Origin: Amphiscolops sp. MND2022
Lineage: Eukaryota
Assembly (NCBI GenBank): GCA_964187785.1
Contig: OZ076411.1
Span: forward strand, 66,588,001 to 66,652,000
DNA: 64,000 bases
Reading direction: 5' to 3'
Below the pieces are notes generated by a model. That model did no database searches. It had not been told where the DNA came from and saw only the letters and a program-made list of their open reading frames with translations. The position numbers and the translations under genes were made by a program. Numbering within the stretch: the stretch's first letter is position 1; each line of letters begins with the position of its first letter. Positions 59,106 through 64,000 of the stretch are shown in pieces.

Positions 59106-59951
59106 TAGGGGGGACCAACAATAGCACTAACAAACGTTTTTATAGCGCTATTAAATAGCACTCAAAAAACTTTAAAATAGCACTAAAAATAGCACTTAAA
59201 ATTGATTTTTTTGTATTTTACTCGCCCAAAAACTATTGAAAAAACAATTACTTGGATGCATATTGTTAATTATTCAGATGAATTAACAAAGCCAATTACA
59301 TAATCAGGCAAATTTTCGTCTGCAAAGTTTCTATCTGATGCCAAAAGTTTTCTCAATTTTGAAAATGACCTCTCAATAACAGCATCGGACGCTGGAGATC
59401 TTTGTAACAGAGATATAATGTTTGGGTCACAATCATCAGGTGGATCAATGAGCTTTTGTAGATCAGGCATTTTCGAAAGTCGGCTTTTCAGGTAAACAAG
59501 TATATCTTTTGCAGCTTCTTCGTTTTCGATAGTTGTTACCCAAGACTGGATTTTTTGATAACCTTGTAACTGAGTGCATTCGTGGTGTTCTAACTGAAGT
59601 ATAAGTGCAGGTAATTCTGCGTACACTCGAGAAATTAATTCTCCGTTTGGTAAAACACGGAATTCCGATGGATATTTTTGAGCATAAATTGAAGATTTCT
59701 CATGCTTAGTAAATGGGTATTTTAGGCATAGTTGATCTTAAAATACAACAAAGATGAGTAGGCGTGTTATATTTATTTGCTTTATGCATTCAAGGTGTCC
59801 AACAAAATAAGTAGTAAGTAAGTGTATGTTTATTTATCGTGTGAAATAATATTGGTTTTCAGGCGACAGACAAAATAGCAATTAAGTTCAAAATGTAAGA
59901 GAAAATAGCATTTATAGCATTAATAGCATTTATAGCATTTGGTTCCCCCTA
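59106..59951 (-). mobile_element. hAT-superfamily internal-deletion derivative retaining the transposase C-terminus
   Basis: TIRs taggggggaccaa / ttggttcccccta-type with one mismatch; 8-bp TSD attatcac at 59098-59105 and 59952-59959; ORF 59270-59626 SPASDAVIERSFSKLRKLLASDRNFADENL. Confidence 0.88.
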
Positions 59952-60759
59952 ATTATCACAAACTTAAAAGTATGTGACATCCAAAAAAACTGAAACTATC
60001 ATGAAATCTCCCGATTATTCATCGTGGTCCATGTTTCAGAAGTACAGCCTTTTCGTTCCACTTTGTCGTTTCATGATAAATCAATGCCTCTCCGACGTAT
60101 TTTCTGTCTCAGCATTTCCACTAACTCAGCGCTTACCTAAGCGATAAGCGTAGGAATCAAAAAACTTTTCAAAAATCAGCATTAGAGCTGCTTATCTAAT
60201 CGCACCTAAAAATTTTGATGTTTCCATTTCAATCATGTTAACGGTAAATTGGAATGGCTAACATGAAAAAAAATCATTAAATGGAGCAAAGCAGAGTCAG
60301 CTGTTAAATGACGTTTGCTCAAACTTGCGGACGTTTGCTATATTTTACGTCTGCAAGGTATGATAACAAAATCACTTACCAAGCTTTACGACGGCCTGGT
60401 TGACAACTTGCGGGCACGTCTAAGAATTGTTTCTGCGAGAAAGGCACTTGCAAAATCCACTACTTTCAATACCTTCAAAATGTCCCTTCTTTTCAAGTTC
60501 TGGACAATACCTACTGTTTAAACAAGTTTCCGAGGTCGGTGAAGCAATTACTGCATCTGTGACCACCTTTCGACTTGTTTAGAAAACATAGAATTTACTG
60601 ACTTGAAGAGTTTTCTCATAAAACTCACTAAACCGTTGACTCGTCGATGAATTTGGGGAGTAACAAATGGTAGTCGATTAACTTTGCCAAAAGATTGAAA
60701 GTCTTCTGTCTCAAAACCTTTCCAAGCGAAAAATTGCCAGAAATGCAATAATAATATAT

Positions 60760-61496
60760 TGTTGGAATCTCGAATCCAGTATCAAAACAAGAACAACTTC
60801 GAAATAGCTCTATAATAGCCCAAGTTAACTTGAATACTCAAACGATAAAGTTCCGAACAATTACTTTCTTGGTTGCTTGAACAAGGAATATCAACCGTTT
60901 TGAATCTCACCTTTTGGGTCTCTCTTTCAAGAAGGAGTTAACTTGGGTTGGTAACAATACAGGAAATTACACAAACTGTCATGTTTACAATCAAATATGA
61001 GGGCACCATAAATGTTCTATAATGATACATAAAGTTAACAAACTGCCCACTTTCGAGGCGATAAAGTATATAAAGATATTGGTATATCAACATCTGAAGC
61101 ATACATTTACACGATTTTGTGGTCCTTTAATATATTTGTTATTTGCCCACCAAAGCTTCTATCAGGTTACAAATGCTCTACCGGCTTCCGCCTGGGCTAG
61201 ATATAACCAAATATGGCTACTTGACAGGTTAAATACACAAGCAGGACGATAAATTACCAAATTTGTACTATATTAGAAGAAAAGTCTGATTTTGCCCCAG
61301 AAAAAAAATATTTTTCAAATTTTTGCCTTCGATTTCCGGTTTTTTGCCCTAGATGGTTTAGTTAGCCAAAAATATGTCGGTTGCCGACCATCCTAGAGTG
61401 TGATTCCCAAAACTCAATCTTTTACAGCCACCAATTAGGGCTATTTTAGGGTATTTTTCGAATAGCTGACTTCAAGTTATTTTCGAGGCGCCAACA
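60760..61496 (-). repeat. Probable 3' LTR of the BEL/Pao element (about 737 bp)
   Basis: On the minus strand it starts tgttggcg right after ggggccggcat and ends ...attccaaca, with 6-bp inverted termini tgttgg/ccaaca. Confidence 0.7.
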
Positions 61497-63857
61497 ATGC
61501 CGGCCCCGTTTTCAGACTGAAAACGCTCATTGAAGACTGGCGCCAACTTTACTACAGGTCGTTTGAAGGTACCGTCATGAGTTTTGATAAGCACTGATCT
61601 CACTACACCATCTTTTGCTGGATAAATTTCTTGAATACGTGCCATCTTGTAATGAGACCTTTTCACATTGTTATCCACCAACCAAACTAAGTCGCCAACT
61701 TCAACATTGGCTTCTTGTTTACTCCATTGGTTTCTGACATGGGTTTGGGGTAGGTATTCTGCAACCCATCGTTTCCAAATCATATCGGCATAAGCCTGAC
61801 ACGATCGAAACATCTTGCGATGATTGGAATAAACTTCAGCATTGGGGATAAAGGGTATACAAATATTCGCACGACCCAGAATAAAATGATTAGGCGTAAG
61901 GGCCTCCAAATCAGCAGGATCATCACTTGCTGGGGTAATAGGACGTGCATTCAATGTTTGTTCAACCAAGCACATGGTTGTAGTCAAAGATTCATCAGTC
62001 AGAGATCGATTTCCCAGAATTGCCATCATAGCTTTCTTGCAACTTCTGACCAACCGTTCCCAAACACCCCCAAAATGAGGTGCCCCAGGAGGGTTAAATT
62101 TCCATGCAATATGCTTTTGAGCCAATTCTGATGTAATTTGATCGTGATTCCACGAGTTGATGTACTCTTTCAACTCTCTCGCGGATCCAACAAAGTTAGT
62201 ACCATTGTCACTTACGATGGTTGTTGGCTTGCCACGTCTGGCGATAAATCTGTTGATAGCTACCAAGCAAGAATCTGTGTCGAGGCTTCGAACCACTTCG
62301 ATATGCACTGCTCTGGTAGTCAAACATGTAAACAAACAGCACCAACGTTTCATGGATCGTCGTAACAATTTAACTTCGAATGGACCGAAATAATCCATTC
62401 CAACGTGGGTAAAGGGATATGACTGATAATCGAGCCTCTCGGCAGGTAAATCGGCCATGAGAGGAGATTTTATCTGCGCACGTAATTTGCGACAGTAAAC
62501 ACAATTGCTTTTAATGCTCCTCAAAGCATTTCGTAATCCCAAAATCCAAAACTTCTGTTGTATTACGCTTCTAACATACTCCACTCCCTCATGGTTGTGT
62601 TCCAGATGTAAATCACGTAACATTACACTAACCATAGCGTGTTTTGTGGATAAAAGAATTGGATGTCGCTGTTGGAAGCTCAAATTTGCATGTTTGATGC
62701 GACCTCTTATTCGAATCATACCGCATTCATCAAAAAATGGAGAAAATTTTGCCAAATCTCCACCTTTGCTTGTCTTACCAAACATTTGCTTCCATCATAC
62801 ACTTCAGGAAAGGTTTCTCGTTGAATTAGTTTCAGAATCTTTTCTTCCGCTCGTTGCAGTCCACATGGAAGTAATACCTTAGATTGACTCTTGAACTTCA
62901 AACGTAAGCAAAATGCAATAACTCGCACACATTTGGAAAAACTGCTAAACCTGCTCCAATCAACTATTGGCTCCTGAGTCATGCTTTTGTTCGCAACTAC
63001 TGCAACTGCAGCATGGTCATCAGGCACCAAGTTAATTGGTTGCAGAGACAAAGGCCAATCGTCAGGATGGTCTTTGAGCCAAATTGGTCCAGCTAACCAA
63101 TCACTTTCAGTCAATTTCTCTATAGTAATTCCACGCGTCCCAATATCAGATGGATTCATTTCACCTTTAACGTGCTTCCACTCGTCAATTGTGGAGTTTT
63201 CCAATATCTCAGCTGCTCTGTTAGCTACAAAAACATTTTGTTTTTGTCAGCTGAGTGTAACCATTGAAGCACAGTAACTGAATCAGTCCAATGAGTAACA
63301 CTGTCAATCCGTAAGTCATGTTCTTGAACAATCAAGGTTCTCAATCTGACTGAATACACTGCTGCTTGCAGCTCTAGACGAGGTATAGACAGTTGTTTGA
63401 TGGGAGCTATTCTACATTTGCCCAAAACAAAAGAGACTTCGACTCCATCTTTGACTTCTGCTCGAAAATAAGCGACGATGCACATGGCTTCTAGAGACGC
63501 ATCACTGAAGATGTGCAGTTGAACGTTTTTGGGGTTATCAGAGAAATAATTTCTAGGAAGTGAGGTGTTTTTAATTGTTTGCATTTCTGTCACCCAATCT
63601 AGGAATACCTGTTTATCATCATCCGCAATTTTTTCATCCCATGATTGGCCAAAGTTAATCCAGATACCTTTCAAAAGCATTCTCATCCGCATAGTGAAAG
63701 TTGCAAAAATTCCCATGGGATCAAAAACTGAGGAAACAAAAGATAACACTACTCGTTGAGTAATGTCTTTCGGACATTCTTTGTTAGGTCCTCTACATAC
63801 TTGTAGACAATCTTTATCGATTATCCACTCCAAACCTACATTACTGTGCATCTGCAA
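61472..63857 (-). mobile_element. pol: BEL/Pao retrotransposon pol (RT end, RNase H, integrase), 5'-truncated
   Basis: VSSVFDPMG; LHIFSDASLEAM; GKCRIAPIKQLSIPRLELQAA; open 437-aa integrase (HVGMDYFGPF, TIVSDNGTNFVG, PHFGGVWERLV). Two frameshifts lie upstream. Confidence 0.95.
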
Positions 63858-63892
63858 GCTAAATCGCTACAGACACATTTCTGTGCGTGTAG

Positions 63893-63999
63893 GCCCTCCG
63901 ATTCCGCAGACATGTCTTAAAGCGTGCAAAATTGGCAATTTAGCACTGATTTTGCGGAATCCACGCCACGAAAATCGGCGTTTTTCGGAATCCGAGGGC
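63893..63999. repeat. Small hairpin/MITE-like element at the window edge
   Basis: gccctccgattccg and cggaatccgagggc are inverted with one mismatch. Confidence 0.5.
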
Positions 64000-64000
64000 A

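Noticed and set aside
60300-60750. Protein-coding segment left of the BEL LTR
   Set aside because: The ORFs are short, with no recognisable motif or splice pattern.
606-63759. The many 60-130 aa ORFs in the track antisense to or overlapping the features above
   Set aside because: They are shadow frames of real ORFs or low-complexity F/K/L-rich translations of AT-rich repeats.

Overview
AT-rich, intron-containing, repeat-dense animal genomic DNA, probably from an invertebrate. There are no prokaryotic features. Host genes: a four-exon SOSS-B/NABP (hSSB1-like) OB-fold gene on the minus strand (50834-38987), a head-to-head ALK1/2 (ACVR1/saxophone)-type BMP type I receptor on the plus strand (about 52714-57329), and a candidate small membrane-protein gene (13407 to about 10036, minus). 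Main discovery: a 16.85-kb DNA transposon (15890-32741) with perfect 22-bp terminal inverted repeats (TIRs). It is inserted into a Gypsy integrase gene whose reading frame is restored when the element is removed. It encodes a divergent RAG1/Transib/Chapaev-like DDE transposase with a C-terminal BRCT domain. It also carries a chromatin-related cargo set: a SET methyltransferase (writer), a spliced C2H2-finger plus JmjC (KDM7/KDM2-like) gene with altered metal ligands (eraser-like), and a Tudor-like ORF (reader-like). A 1647-bp tandem duplication covers the transposase core. Other elements: a tandem CsRn1-lineage Gypsy array whose integrase ends in an ING-like PHD finger, a BEL/Pao element with LTR, an hAT deletion derivative with an 8-bp target-site duplication (TSD), a LINE fragment, foldback MITEs and tRNA-derived SINE heads. 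All domain calls come from manual translation and motif recognition; no database searches were run.
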